From the NCBI GenBank assembly GCA_035495615.1, contig DATJFP010000083.1:23803-87802 (forward strand): a stretch of DNA of 64,000 nucleotides, in the 5' to 3' direction. This stretch comes from Verrucomicrobiia bacterium (lineage in GTDB: Bacteria > Omnitrophota > Omnitrophia > Omnitrophales > Aquincolibacteriaceae). Below, piece after piece: positions 29,297 to 39,591 of the stretch. Made by a program: the position numbers and the translations under genes. The notes under the pieces were generated by a model. It did no database searches. It worked only from the letters and a program-made list of their open reading frames with translations, and was not told the DNA's origin. The stretch's first letter is position 1; each line of letters opens with the position of its first letter.

Positions 29297-29908
29297 ATGA
29301 CCTCTTTACAGACCGTTCTTTTCTTAGCCGCCGCGTATTTTCTCGGAAGCCTGCCCTTCGGGCTTTGGGTGGCGCGCCAGGTCCAGGGCATTGACATCCG
29401 CGAGCACGGCAGCAAAAACACAGGCGCGACGAACGTCTTCCGCGTCGTCGGCAAAAAGTGGGGATTCTTCGTGCTCTTTCTCGATGCGGCCAAAGGATTT
29501 GTCGCGGTGAACCTGCCGCGCTGGACCCTGGGCGCGGAGCTGTCCTACTCCTGGCTGGTGATGCTCGGCGTGGCCGCGATCCTCGGCCACAGCTTTTCCC
29601 TGTGGCTCGGTTTCAAAGGCGGAAAGGGCGTCGCCACTTCCCTCGGCGTTTTTATCGGCGTTTGTCCGGTGCCCGCGCTTCTGGCGTTCAGCCTTTGGAT
29701 CCTGATTTTTTCGATCAGCCGCATCATCTCGGTCGCATCGCTTGCCGCCGCCGTCGTTTTTCCCATTGCCGTCGCACTCACGTGCCGGGGCAAACCGGGA
29801 TTTCCGGCCTTGCAGAGCGTGAGCCTGCTGCTCACGGTCTTCATCTTTTACACGCACCGGGCCAACATCGGACGCCTCAAGCGCGGCGAGGAAAAGCGCC
29901 TGATCTGA
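29297..29908 (+). CDS. plsY: glycerol-3-phosphate acyltransferase PlsY
   Basis: LGSLPFGLWV...HGSKNTGATNVFR...GGKGVAT. Confidence 0.9.
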   Translation: MTSLQTVLFLAAAYFLGSLPFGLWVARQVQGIDIREHGSKNTGATNVFRVVGKKWGFFVLFLDAAKGFVAVNLPRWTLGAELSYSWLVMLGVAAILGHSFSLWLGFKGGKGVATSLGVFIGVCPVPALLAFSLWILIFSISRIISVASLAAAVVFPIAVALTCRGKPGFPALQSVSLLLTVFIFYTHRANIGRLKRGEEKRLI

Positions 29909-30039
29909 TCGAGCTCGTCCGGCCCGGAAGCCGGGCAAGAACGCAATGAACCCTCCAAAAAATCGAAGATTTTCCGCAATCTCGGGTAGAATCACGCGCC
30001 TGTCTTTCAAAAGCCGACTCTGACCCAAGGAGAAGGCCA

Positions 30040-30324
30040 ATGTCATCCGTCAATCCTCCCGTTTTTACGCTCGTCAAAAACCACTGGGAAAAAATCGGCT
30101 TTGCCGTTCACGACTATGGCGGCCACCGCATCGTCGACATGCGCGTCTGGACCCGCCGGAAAGGCGGAAGCGGTTTTCTTCCCACCCGAAAGGGGATTTG
30201 CATTCCCCTAAACCAACTGAAGGCTTTCCGTGAAGGATTGGAACTGCTTGCCAAGACAGTAGAAACGGCTTTGCCCGGGGAGAGTAATACATACCGGCGC
30301 GACGCCGGAAATGCCGTCCATTAA
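30040..30324 (+). CDS. PC4/p15-like ssDNA-binding transcriptional coactivator family protein
   Basis: IVDMRVWTRR...PTRKGICIPLNQLKAF resembles the PC4 core (IDIREYW...PGRKGISL..EQW..L). Strong RBS AAGGAGAAGG. Confidence 0.55.
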   Translation: MSSVNPPVFTLVKNHWEKIGFAVHDYGGHRIVDMRVWTRRKGGSGFLPTRKGICIPLNQLKAFREGLELLAKTVETALPGESNTYRRDAGNAVH

Positions 30325-30427
30325 GTGCTTTACAGGTTATATCTAACCCGCTAAAATACCACGAGTTGCGTCGGTTTTTATTCCTATCTGCCTCGCACCT
30401 CCAAATCTGAGTCAAGGAGAACTGAAA

Positions 30428-31525
30428 ATGGCCAAAAAATCCGAAGCTGAAACCAAGGGCAAGTCGGAGCTCGATCGGACCCAAGAAAATCTGAAGAAGA
30501 TCACGCAGGAAAAGCAGAAAGCGCTCGACCTCACGCTTTTGCAGATCGAAAAGCAGTTCGGCAAGGGTTCCATCATGAAGATGGGCGTGAACACAAAGGC
30601 CAATGTGGAAAGCCTCCCGACGGGCGCCTTGACGCTCGATCTTGCCACCGGCATCGGCGGCGTTCCGCGCGGCCGCGTGGTGGAGATTTACGGCCCGGAA
30701 TCCAGCGGTAAGACGACGCTCACGCTCAGCATCATCTCGCGCGTGCAGGCGACAGGCGGCGTCGCGGCTTTTATCGACGCCGAACATGCGCTTGACCCGA
30801 CGTATGCCCAGAAGATCGGCGTGAAACTGGACGACCTCCTTATTTCGCAGCCGGATTCCGGCGAACAGGCGCTGCAGATCGCCGAGATGCTCGTGCGTTC
30901 GAACGCGGTGGACCTCATCGTCATCGACTCCGTGGCCGCCCTTGTTCCGCGGGCGGAAATCGAAGGCGAGATGGGCGATTCTCACATGGGATTGCAAGCG
31001 CGCCTCATGTCGCAGGCGCTTCGCAAACTTACCGGCATTATCAGCCGCTCGAAAACCTCGATGATTTTCATCAACCAGGTCCGCGATAAAATCGGCGTGA
31101 TGTTCGGCAATCCGGAAACCACGCCTGGCGGCAAGGCGCTGAAGTTCTATGCCTCCATGCGCCTGGACATCCGCAGGATCGCGACCCTGAAAAAAGGAGA
31201 AGACGCGATCGGTAACCGGGTGAAGGTGAAGGTCGTGAAGAACAAAGTCGCGGCGCCGTTCAAGACCGCGGAATTCGACATCCTGTTTGATGAAGGCATT
31301 TCGCGGTCGTCGAGCATCCTGGATCTCGCGGTGAACCAGCAAGTCATCGAGAAGTCCGGGGCCTGGATGCTGTACAACCAGGAAAAACTCGGCAACGGAC
31401 GCGACGCGGCGCGCCTTTTCTTGAAAGAAAATCCGACCCTGCTCGAGGAAATCGAAAACAAGGTCCGGGAAAAAATGCTGAGCGGAAACGCGGTCCTGGC
31501 CGCGGCGCCCGCCTCGGACGAATAG
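30428..31525 (+). CDS. recA: recombinase RecA
   Basis: [12 protein letters not shown], Walker [11 protein letters not shown]2 loop, full length; about 25-aa N-terminal extension. Confidence 0.97.
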   Translation: MAKKSEAETKGKSELDRTQENLKKITQEKQKALDLTLLQIEKQFGKGSIMKMGVNTKANVESLPTGALTLDLATGIGGVPRGRVVEIYGPESSGKTTLTLSIISRVQATGGVAAFIDAEHALDPTYAQKIGVKLDDLLISQPDSGEQALQIAEMLVRSNAVDLIVIDSVAALVPRAEIEGEMGDSHMGLQARLMSQALRKLTGIISRSKTSMIFINQVRDKIGVMFGNPETTPGGKALKFYASMRLDIRRIATLKKGEDAIGNRVKVKVVKNKVAAPFKTAEFDILFDEGISRSSSILDLAVNQQVIEKSGAWMLYNQEKLGNGRDAARLFLKENPTLLEEIENKVREKMLSGNAVLAAAPASDE

Positions 31526-31576
31526 CAGTAGGACGACGGTCCCGGGTCATTTCCGGTCCTTCACCATTCCTGCAGC

Positions 31577-32071
31577 ATGCAGACAAATTCACGAGAAAAC
31601 GAGGCGTTCGTTTATTCCCTGAAGCTGCTGGGAATCAGCGCCCGGAGCCGCAAGGTCCTGGGTGAAAAGCTCGAGGCGAAGGGATTTCCGTCCGCAGTGG
31701 TGGAGTCGACGCTCGCGAGGCTGGAAAAAACCGGCTTCCTGGACGACAAGACTCTGGCGGCGGGCCTCGTAAACCGGTACAGCGTTTCGACGCCTTCCGG
31801 ACGCCGGCGCATTGATTTCGAGATGAAGCGCCGCGGCGTGCCGGCGGAAATCCGGCGGGAAGCCCTGGAAAGCCTCACGGCGGAACAGGAGCGGGAATCT
31901 GCTCTTGAGCTGGCGAGGCTCAAATGGCAGCGCCTCGGGCGCGTGGAGCCGCAGGCGCGCAGGAAAAGAGTTTACGATTTTTTGCTCCGCCGCGGTTTCG
32001 ATCATGGGACCGCGCGCCACGCGTTGGCGGAATTGAAGGCGGGCGATCAAGAGGAATTCAATGAAGACTGA
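31577..32071 (+). CDS. recX: recombination regulator RecX
   Basis: Three-helix-repeat protein of RecX size, directly downstream of recA. Confidence 0.8.
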   Translation: MQTNSRENEAFVYSLKLLGISARSRKVLGEKLEAKGFPSAVVESTLARLEKTGFLDDKTLAAGLVNRYSVSTPSGRRRIDFEMKRRGVPAEIRREALESLTAEQERESALELARLKWQRLGRVEPQARRKRVYDFLLRRGFDHGTARHALAELKAGDQEEFNED

Positions 32072-34673
32072 CGAGATCCGGACATCTTATCTGGAGTTTT
32101 TCCAAAAGAAGGCGCACCGCTACGTCTCGAGCGATTCTCTCGTGCCGCAGAACGATCCTACGCTGCTGTTCACGGGCGCGGGCATGAATCAGTTCAAGGA
32201 CTACTTCCTGGGCCTGAAGAAAGACATGACCCGCGCCACAAGCTCTCAGAAATGCCTGCGCACCGGCGACCTCGAAGAAGTCGGCAAGACCGCGTACCAT
32301 CATTCTTTTTTCGAGATGCTTGGGAATTTCTCGTTCGGGGATTACTTCAAGGCCGAGGCCATTGCCTGGGCCTGGGAATATCTCACGCAGGTGCTCAAAA
32401 TTCCGGTATCACGGCTCCGCATTACCGTGCATGAGACGGACGACGAAGCCTACAACATCTGGAAGAACACGATCAAAATCCGTCCCGACTGGCTTTATAA
32501 GATGGGGGACAAATCCAATTTTTGGCCTGCGAACGCGCCAAAGGATGGGCCGAACGGCCCCTGCGGCCCGTGCTCAGAAATTTATTTCGATCAGGACCCT
32601 TCGCAGGGCGAAGGCGGCCACATCGAAGACAAGCGCTTCGCCGAAATCTGGAACCTGGTTTTCACCCAGTACGACCGCCAGGACGGCGGCAAGCTCGTGC
32701 CGCTCGCGCAAAAGAACATCGACACGGGCATGGGCCTCGAGCGCCTGGCCTGCGTGCTGCAGGGCAAGAGCACGAACTACGAGACGGACAATTTTCAGAA
32801 AATCAACGCGGCTGTCGCCCGCGAATTGAAAATCAAGCAGACCCCGGAAAATGCCACGCGTATCTACGCGGTCAGCGATCATGCGCGCGCGGTGGTTTTT
32901 TCCATCGGCGACGGCGTCATTCCCTCGAACGACGGCCGCGGCTACGTGATCCGCAAGCTCATCCGGCGAGCGCTGTGGCACGGTTATGAAGCCACGCAGG
33001 GCGGCCTCGAGAAACCTTTCCTGTATGCGGTCGTGGACGACATTTGCGCGGTGATGGGCAAGGTCTACCCGGAAATCGTGGAAAACAAACAAAGCATCGT
33101 GACTTCGCTGAAGGGCGAAGAAGAGCGTTTCCTCGTCACGCTGGAGCGCGGTTTGGACAAGCTGCACGACTATATCAGCAATCCTCCGAAAGGCGTCCAC
33201 GGAAAACTGGACGCTGCTTTTGCATTCGAGCTTTACGACACTTACGGCTTTCCCTATGAGTTGACGCGCAAAATCGCCTCGGAAAAAGGCTGGGACGTGG
33301 ACGAGAAGGGATTCGAGCGCTTGATGGAGGAGCAGCGCAAGCGCGCCAAAGATGCGACGAAAATCTCCGGCGCGATTTTTACGGTCTCGGATCTCGAAAA
33401 AAAAATCTCCGGCCTTGCGGCCACGCGTTTTCTCGGTTACGAGTCGCTCGAAAGCAAGGCCCGTGTGCTGTTCGCTGAAGTCCGCGGCGGCGAAGGCGTG
33501 GCCGTCTTGGACCAGACGCCTTTTTATGCGGAGAGCGGCGGCCAGGTCGGGGACTGGGGCGTGCTCGAAGGCCGTGGATTCCGCGGCGAAGTGACGGACA
33601 CCGTCAAAAAAGACCAGCTGTTCATCCACCACTTCAAGGTCCTGTCCGGGACGCTCAAAATCGGCGACGAGGTCACGGCCAAGATCGATGCCAAGCGCCG
33701 TGATTCCATCATGCGCAATCACACGGCCACGCACCTGCTGCATGCGGCCCTGCGGAAGCTTCTCGGCACGCAGGTTCGCCAGCTCGGCTCCCTGGTGGCG
33801 CCGGACAGGCTGCGTTTCGATTATTCGTATTCCCAGGCGCTCAGCGACGAGCAAGTCCGCGCCATCGAAGATGCCGTCAACGAGCAGATCCTGCTCGACG
33901 CGGACGTGACCAAAGAAGAAAAATCCATTGAGCTGGCCAAGGCCGACGGCGCCATTGCGTTCTTCGGCGAGAAGTACGGCGACCGCGTCCGCGTGGTGAC
34001 CGTGCCGGACTTCAGCAAGGAATTCTGCGGGGGCACGCATTGCCACAGCACCGGCCAGATCGGCAGCTTTTACATCGTGAGCGACAGTTCGATCGCAAGC
34101 GGCACGCGGCGCATCGAAGCCGTGACCGGCAGCGGCGCGGTCCTGTACGCGCGAAATCTTCGCGGCGAAATCGGTAAGCTCGCGGAACTTTTCAAGACTT
34201 CGCCTTCCGGCGTGGCCGATCGTGTCGTGAAGCTGCAGGAATCGGTCAAGAAGCTGGAAAAGGAGAAACGGCAGGGCGTGACCGCAACGGCCGACCCGAA
34301 GAACATCCTTTCGTCGGCGCTTGCGGCCGGCAAGATCCGCTTTGCTTCATACCGTCTGGGACAGGGCGCGGAAGTCGAGGATTTGCGCCGCTTGTCCGAT
34401 GCCATTCGTTCCATGAGCGAGAAAACGGTTTATTTCCTCGGCACGGAAAACGAGGAGAAAATTCATTACGTGATCGGGCTCAGCCCGGATTTGGGCAAGA
34501 GCAGCCTGGACGCGCGGGAAGCCATGAAAGCGCTTTCGAACCTTCTGAACGGCAGCGGCGGCGGGCGCAAGGAGCTTGTTCAGGGCGGCGCAAAAAACGA
34601 AGGTCAATTTCAAAACCGCTGGAACGACATCGTGGAAAATGCGGTGCGTTATCTGAAAGAAGCTGAGGTCTGA
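32061..34673 (+). CDS. alaS: alanine--tRNA ligase
   Basis: N-terminus FFQKKAHRYVSSDSLVPQNDPTLLFTGAGMNQFKDYFLG. Editing-domain HTATHLLH and C-x-x-x-H motifs. 870 aa. Confidence 0.97.
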   Translation: MKTDEIRTSYLEFFQKKAHRYVSSDSLVPQNDPTLLFTGAGMNQFKDYFLGLKKDMTRATSSQKCLRTGDLEEVGKTAYHHSFFEMLGNFSFGDYFKAEAIAWAWEYLTQVLKIPVSRLRITVHETDDEAYNIWKNTIKIRPDWLYKMGDKSNFWPANAPKDGPNGPCGPCSEIYFDQDPSQGEGGHIEDKRFAEIWNLVFTQYDRQDGGKLVPLAQKNIDTGMGLERLACVLQGKSTNYETDNFQKINAAVARELKIKQTPENATRIYAVSDHARAVVFSIGDGVIPSNDGRGYVIRKLIRRALWHGYEATQGGLEKPFLYAVVDDICAVMGKVYPEIVENKQSIVTSLKGEEERFLVTLERGLDKLHDYISNPPKGVHGKLDAAFAFELYDTYGFPYELTRKIASEKGWDVDEKGFERLMEEQRKRAKDATKISGAIFTVSDLEKKISGLAATRFLGYESLESKARVLFAEVRGGEGVAVLDQTPFYAESGGQVGDWGVLEGRGFRGEVTDTVKKDQLFIHHFKVLSGTLKIGDEVTAKIDAKRRDSIMRNHTATHLLHAALRKLLGTQVRQLGSLVAPDRLRFDYSYSQALSDEQVRAIEDAVNEQILLDADVTKEEKSIELAKADGAIAFFGEKYGDRVRVVTVPDFSKEFCGGTHCHSTGQIGSFYIVSDSSIASGTRRIEAVTGSGAVLYARNLRGEIGKLAELFKTSPSGVADRVVKLQESVKKLEKEKRQGVTATADPKNILSSALAAGKIRFASYRLGQGAEVEDLRRLSDAIRSMSEKTVYFLGTENEEKIHYVIGLSPDLGKSSLDAREAMKALSNLLNGSGGGRKELVQGGAKNEGQFQNRWNDIVENAVRYLKEAEV

Positions 34674-34674
34674 C

Positions 34675-35949
34675 ATGCAGGTCCTTCCCTGGGACAAACA
34701 AACGCAAAAGAAAATCTGCCGCGATTTCGGCTCGGCTTTTGATTCGAAGATCTTCAAGAAGGTAAGCCGCATCCTTTCCGAGGTCCGCGCGCGCGGTGAC
34801 GTCGCGATCCGGCGCTACACGCGGGAGTTCGACGGGCTTGATCTGCCCTTGAAAAGAATCGCCGTGAGCCAGGGCGACATCAACGCGGCCTTCGAAAAAA
34901 TCCAGGTCAAATTCGTGCCGCTGCTCCAGCAGATCACGGCGAACGTGGAAGAGTATTACAAAAAGGAATTAAGGCAGTCGTTCGAAATCCACGGCAAGGA
35001 CGGCATCCACCTCGCCAAGCGCTACCAGCCTCTGGAGCGCGTGGGTATTTATATTCCCGGAGGCACGGCGCCGCTGGTCTCGACGGTTTACATGACCGTG
35101 ATCCCGGCCAAAGTCGCAGGGGTCAAAGAGATCGTCATCGCCACGCCGCCCAACCGCGACACCGGCGAGATCAATCCGAACATCCTGGCCGTCGCTAACC
35201 TTCTCGGTGTCAACGAAATCTACCGCGTCGGAGGCGCGCAGGCCATCGGCGCGCTTGCTTTCGGCACGCGCACCATCAAGAAGGTGGACAAGATCGCGGG
35301 CCCAGGCAACATGTTCGTGACCGAGGCTAAGCGCCAGGTTTACGGTTTCGTCGATATCGACATGGTGGCGGGTCCGAGCGAAGTGGCCATCATCGCGGAC
35401 AACTCCGCGGACGCGGATTACGTGACCTGCGATTTGCTGGCCCAGGCTGAGCATCACGGCGGCATGCCCTATCTTGTGACGCCGTCCAAGAAATTGATCG
35501 AGGCGATCCGCAAGCGCGTTGATACCGGCTATATCATTCAGGTCAAATCGCTGCAGGAAGCCTGCGAAGTGGCCAACGAGATTGCCCCGGAGCACCTCCA
35601 GCTCATGACGGAAGAACCGGAAAAGCTCATGAAGCTGATCAAGAGCGCCGGCGCTATTTTTGTGGGGCCGTATTCTCCCGCGGTCGTGGGGGATTACATC
35701 GCGGGTCCGAGCCACGTGCTTCCCACGGGCGGCACGGCGCGCTATTTTTCCCCGCTCAGCGCCTCGACTTTCATCAAGAGTTCCCACGTGATTTCGTATA
35801 CCAAGGAAGCGCTGGCCAAGGCGCGCGAACATGTCCAGCTTTTGACGGACATGGAAGGGCTCGTGCTGCACCGGATTTCCCTCGAAGCGCGCTTCATCAA
35901 AAAAGACGCGGCCGAAGCGGCGGCGCCTTCAGCCACGGCTTCTTCATGA
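34675..35949 (+). CDS. hisD: histidinol dehydrogenase
   Basis: GGTAPLVST, AGPGNMFV, DMVAGPSEV, AEHHGG motifs. Starts 1 nt after the alaS stop. Confidence 0.95.
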   Translation: MQVLPWDKQTQKKICRDFGSAFDSKIFKKVSRILSEVRARGDVAIRRYTREFDGLDLPLKRIAVSQGDINAAFEKIQVKFVPLLQQITANVEEYYKKELRQSFEIHGKDGIHLAKRYQPLERVGIYIPGGTAPLVSTVYMTVIPAKVAGVKEIVIATPPNRDTGEINPNILAVANLLGVNEIYRVGGAQAIGALAFGTRTIKKVDKIAGPGNMFVTEAKRQVYGFVDIDMVAGPSEVAIIADNSADADYVTCDLLAQAEHHGGMPYLVTPSKKLIEAIRKRVDTGYIIQVKSLQEACEVANEIAPEHLQLMTEEPEKLMKLIKSAGAIFVGPYSPAVVGDYIAGPSHVLPTGGTARYFSPLSASTFIKSSHVISYTKEALAKAREHVQLLTDMEGLVLHRISLEARFIKKDAAEAAAPSATASS

Positions 35950-35968
35950 AAACGAACAGGAGCGAAAG

Positions 35969-36568
35969 ATGAAATCCAAACGCGCGGCGAGTGTCCACAG
36001 AAAGACTTCGGAAACCGACATCCAGATGAAACTGGGGGTGGACGGCACCGGGGTCTCCAAGATCACGACGGGAATTCCATTCGTGGACCACATGCTCACG
36101 CTTTTTTCCAAGCACGGCCTCTTTGACCTCGAGGTCAAGGCCAAGGGCGACCTCGAAGTGGACATTCACCACACGAATGAAGACACAGGCATTACGCTGG
36201 GGCAGGCCTTGACTAAGGCGCTCGGCGACAAAAAGGGGATCAAGCGGTACGGGTTCTTCACGGTTCCCATGGACGAGGCCCTGGTCCAGGTGACACTCGA
36301 CATTTCAGGGCGTCCGTCGCTGCATGTCCGCAAGAACCGGGACGTCCAGTTTTCCCGCCTCGAAAATTATTCCTTCCATGATTCCATGGAATTCATGAAG
36401 GCCTTTTGCCAGCACGCGGGCATCAACATGCACGTCGAGGTGATCGCCGGCAAAGACTCGCATCACATCATCGAAGGCACGTTCAAGGCCATGGCGCGCG
36501 CGCTGGATGCCGCCACGCAGATCGATCCGCGCGTCAAAGGCATTCCGTCAACCAAGGGTTCCCTGTAG
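35969..36568 (+). CDS. hisB: imidazoleglycerol-phosphate dehydratase
   Basis: RKTSETDI...GIPFVDHMLTLF...HHTNEDTGI...HHIIEGTFKA. Confidence 0.95.
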   Translation: MKSKRAASVHRKTSETDIQMKLGVDGTGVSKITTGIPFVDHMLTLFSKHGLFDLEVKAKGDLEVDIHHTNEDTGITLGQALTKALGDKKGIKRYGFFTVPMDEALVQVTLDISGRPSLHVRKNRDVQFSRLENYSFHDSMEFMKAFCQHAGINMHVEVIAGKDSHHIIEGTFKAMARALDAATQIDPRVKGIPSTKGSL

Positions 36569-36578
36569 CCGGAGTCTT

Positions 36579-37184
36579 ATGATTGCCATTGTCGATTACG
36601 GTATGGGCAATTTACGGAGCGTTTCCAAGGCCCTGGAGCACCTGGGCGCCAAGGTTTCCGTGACATCTTCGCCCCGCGACATCTTGAAGGCTGACAAGGT
36701 CGTGCTGCCCGGCGTCGGCGCGTTCGGCGACGCGGTCGAAGGATTGAAGACAAACGCGCTTCTTGATCCGCTGCGCGAATACATCAAGCTCGGCAAGCCC
36801 TTCCTCGGCATCTGCCTCGGGCTCCAGCTCCTATTCCACGAAAGCGAAGAAAGCCCTTCCATCACCGGGCTCGACGTCTACTCGGGCAAAGTGCAGGGAT
36901 TCCGTTCCCGCGGGGTGAAAGTCCCACACATGGGCTGGAACCAAATCCACAAAAATACGGACCATCCGCTGCTGCGCAACATTCCCGATGAGAGTTATTT
37001 CTACTTCGTGCACTCGTTTTACGCCGCGCCGCAAGACGCTTCCGTGACCGCGGCCACGTGCGAGTACGGCCAGGAAAAGTTCGCGGTGGCCGTGGGGAAA
37101 GATCACGTCTTCGCCACGCAATTCCATCCCGAAAAAAGCCAGAAGGCAGGGCTTAACCTGCTCCAGAATTTCGTGAAGTGGTAG
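36579..37184 (+). CDS. hisH: imidazole glycerol phosphate synthase, glutamine amidotransferase subunit
   Basis: MIAIVDYGMGNLRSV...GICLGLQLL...FHPEKS. Confidence 0.9.
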   Translation: MIAIVDYGMGNLRSVSKALEHLGAKVSVTSSPRDILKADKVVLPGVGAFGDAVEGLKTNALLDPLREYIKLGKPFLGICLGLQLLFHESEESPSITGLDVYSGKVQGFRSRGVKVPHMGWNQIHKNTDHPLLRNIPDESYFYFVHSFYAAPQDASVTAATCEYGQEKFAVAVGKDHVFATQFHPEKSQKAGLNLLQNFVKW

Positions 37185-37185
37185 C

Positions 37186-37926
37186 ATGAACATTTATCCC
37201 GCCATCGATCTCTACCAGGGCAAGGTCGTGCGCCTTTCTCGCGGCGATTTCCAGGCCGAGACCGTCTACTCCAACGATCCCGCGGCGCAGGCCCGTGACT
37301 GGGAGAACCAGGGCAGCCAATGGATCCACGTCGTGGACCTGGAAGGCGCCAAGACGGGTGAACTGCGCAACTTCGCGTCGCTTGTCGCCATCCGCAAAAA
37401 CGTGCGCTGCAAGATTCAATTTGGCGGCGGCCTTCGCGACATCAAGCACGTGGAATGCGTCCTGAATGAGGGGATCGACCGTATCGTCGTCGGCACGAAG
37501 GCGCTGGATGACGCTTTCTTCACGAACCTTCTCGACCGTTTCGGCTCCCGGGTCGCGGTGAGCCTTGATACGAGGGAAGGACGGGTCCAAACCGAAGGCT
37601 GGCTGAAGGAAAGCGGGCAGACGATCCAGCGGGTTCTCGAAAAATTAAATAAATCTGCTTTGGAAACCGTGATCTATACCGATATAAGTAAGGACGGAAT
37701 GCTTCAAGGTCCGAATCTCGAAGGATTGCGGAAGGTTTTGAGCTGGTCGCGTGCGAAGGTGATTTTATCCGGAGGCGTATCCACTCTTGAAGACATTGAG
37801 AAGTGTTCTCAAATTTCCGAAAAAAACTTCGAAGGCGTCATCGTCGGTAAGGCGCTTTATGAAAAACGTTTTGAACTGCGGACGGCCCTTTCCCATTATG
37901 CACCACCGGAAAACCCTGTGTCATGA
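37186..37926 (+). CDS. hisA: 1-(5-phosphoribosyl)-5-[(5-phosphoribosylamino)methylideneamino]imidazole-4-carboxamide isomerase
   Basis: MNIYPAIDLYQGKVVRL...GGGLR...GTKAL...SGGVS. Confidence 0.9.
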   Translation: MNIYPAIDLYQGKVVRLSRGDFQAETVYSNDPAAQARDWENQGSQWIHVVDLEGAKTGELRNFASLVAIRKNVRCKIQFGGGLRDIKHVECVLNEGIDRIVVGTKALDDAFFTNLLDRFGSRVAVSLDTREGRVQTEGWLKESGQTIQRVLEKLNKSALETVIYTDISKDGMLQGPNLEGLRKVLSWSRAKVILSGGVSTLEDIEKCSQISEKNFEGVIVGKALYEKRFELRTALSHYAPPENPVS

Positions 37927-38348
37927 GTGAGTTGGTCAGTGCCTATCTGAGGGTAATATGGGAAGAACGTTTCTGGTCCTGGTCCGTGGTGGGAATTCTT
38001 TACATTATCGCCGCCTTTACCGTCCGCGGGTGGTTTTTGAACGGCCTGATCAGCAGCGCGCGTGCCCTCAAGTCGAAGCATTATCATGAAATCAAGCAGG
38101 CCTACCTGCGCCGCTCGCTGCCGGGCTGGCTTTTCTTTTTTCTCCCCTTGATCATCTTCACGTTTGTGTGGAATCAGACCACCGGAACCGCAATCCCGGG
38201 AAAGTACCTGGCCGCGGTGATCCTGGGCATTGTCAGCTTCATTGCCGCGATCCTGTCCCACGTGCGGGCGTTTGCCGAAGCGAGCCTTTCCGTTCTCGCG
38301 GACTTGCTTCAGGAAAGCGAAAAGCATTCCTCTTTGAAAGACTACTGA
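37923..38348 (+). CDS. hypothetical small membrane protein inserted between hisA and hisF
   Basis: 141 aa with 3 predicted TM helices. ATGA overlap with the hisA stop, and 18 nt before hisF. No recognisable family. Confidence 0.5.
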   Translation: MSELVSAYLRVIWEERFWSWSVVGILYIIAAFTVRGWFLNGLISSARALKSKHYHEIKQAYLRRSLPGWLFFFLPLIIFTFVWNQTTGTAIPGKYLAAVILGIVSFIAAILSHVRAFAEASLSVLADLLQESEKHSSLKDY

Positions 38349-38366
38349 TTCCGCTCCCGGAACCTT

Positions 38367-39128
38367 ATGCTGGCAAAACGGATTATCCCATGTCTTGATG
38401 TCAAAGAAGGACGCGTCGTCAAAGGCGTCAATTTCGTCAACCTTACCGATGCCGGCGATCCCGTTTCTATTGCCAAAGCCTATGACGATGCGGGCGCGGA
38501 CGAGCTGGTCTTCCTGGACATCACAGCGTCCCATGAAAAACGCCCCATCATGCTCCGTGTGGTGGAGTCCGTCGCTGAAACAATCATGATTCCCTTCACG
38601 GTGGGAGGCGGCATCAAAGAGCTTTCGGATATCCGTGAGCTTTTGAAAGCCGGCTGCGATAAAGTTTCCCTCAATACGAGCGCCATCGAAAATCCCGATT
38701 TGATCCGCGCGGCGAGCCGCCGTTTTGGAAGCCAATGCATTGTGCTGGCCATCGATGCGAAAAAGCAACCCGACGGGACCTGGCGCGTCTATACCCACGG
38801 CGGGCGCAAGCCTACGGATTTGAACGCGGTCGACTGGGCGCGCGAGGGGGAAAGGCGCGGCGCGGGAGAGATTCTCCTGACCAGCATGGACCGCGACGGC
38901 ACCAAACAGGGCTATGATCTGGAATTGACACGTCAGGTTTCGGAAGCCGTGCGTGTTCCCGTGATTGCGTCGGGTGGCGTGGGATCCTTAGAGCATTTCG
39001 TCGATGGATTCCAAAAGGGTAAGGCCGACGCCTGTCTTGCCGCTTCGGTCTTCCATTTCGGCGAACTCCGCATCGCAGACGTGAAAGCTTATCTCCAGAA
39101 ACGCGGTGTCCCCGTAAGACCTGCCTAG
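38367..39128 (+). CDS. hisF: imidazole glycerol phosphate synthase, cyclase subunit
   Basis: [16 protein letters not shown]...[15 protein letters not shown]...GGGI...SGGVGSLEH. Confidence 0.95.
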   Translation: MLAKRIIPCLDVKEGRVVKGVNFVNLTDAGDPVSIAKAYDDAGADELVFLDITASHEKRPIMLRVVESVAETIMIPFTVGGGIKELSDIRELLKAGCDKVSLNTSAIENPDLIRAASRRFGSQCIVLAIDAKKQPDGTWRVYTHGGRKPTDLNAVDWAREGERRGAGEILLTSMDRDGTKQGYDLELTRQVSEAVRVPVIASGGVGSLEHFVDGFQKGKADACLAASVFHFGELRIADVKAYLQKRGVPVRPA

Positions 39129-39149
39129 TGCTCTTCGAGATGTAACTTC

Positions 39150-39178
39150 TTGACACAGTCTAAGCTTGTGGCATACTG
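39150..39178 (+). promoter_or_regulatory. possible internal sigma-70-like promoter (TTGACA-N16-cATACT) ahead of hisI-trp genes
   Basis: ttgaca at 39150-39155 and catact at 39172-39177, about 40 bp upstream of the hisI ATG. Confidence 0.3.
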
Positions 39179-39213
39179 GTGGGTCAACAACCTATTATAT
39201 AAAGGAGTTTGTC

Positions 39214-39591
39214 ATGCTGAATTTCAAGTATAACGCCGACGGCTTGATGCCGGTCATTATCCAGGACCAAGATAACGGAGAAGTGCTCATGCTCGCCTAC
39301 ATGGACAAGGTGGCGGTGGAGCGCACCCTGAAAGAAAAGAAAACGGTCTTTTATTCCCGTTCCCGCAATAAATATTGGGTGAAAGGCGAAAGCTCGGGCC
39401 ATACCCAGGACGTCAAACAAGTTTTGACCGATTGCGATCAGGACACGCTCCTTGTGAAAGTGAAACAGCACGGCGGCGCCTGCCACCTGGGTTACCGGAC
39501 TTGCTTTGTGCATGAGATCGACTCGAACGGCGACGTGACGCGCGTGACGCAGGACAAGATGTTCGACCCGGACAATGTCTACAAATCATGA
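39214..39591 (+). CDS. hisI: phosphoribosyl-AMP cyclohydrolase (HisI domain only)
   Basis: GLMPVIIQD...VLMLAYMD...TVFYSRSRNKYWVKGESSGHTQ...ACH. RBS AAAGGAG. Stop overlaps the trpE ATG. Confidence 0.9.
   Translation: MLNFKYNADGLMPVIIQDQDNGEVLMLAYMDKVAVERTLKEKKTVFYSRSRNKYWVKGESSGHTQDVKQVLTDCDQDTLLVKVKQHGGACHLGYRTCFVHEIDSNGDVTRVTQDKMFDPDNVYKS

Noticed and set aside
29909-30039. Hairpin GCCCGGaagCCGGGC after plsY
   Set aside because: Short 6-bp stem without a following T-tract. Not convincing as a terminator.
30325-30427. Searched the recA leader for a LexA/SOS box (CTGT-N8-ACAG or GAAC-N4-GTTC types)
   Set aside because: No convincing dyad found; only a non-palindromic TTACAGGTTATATCTAA.
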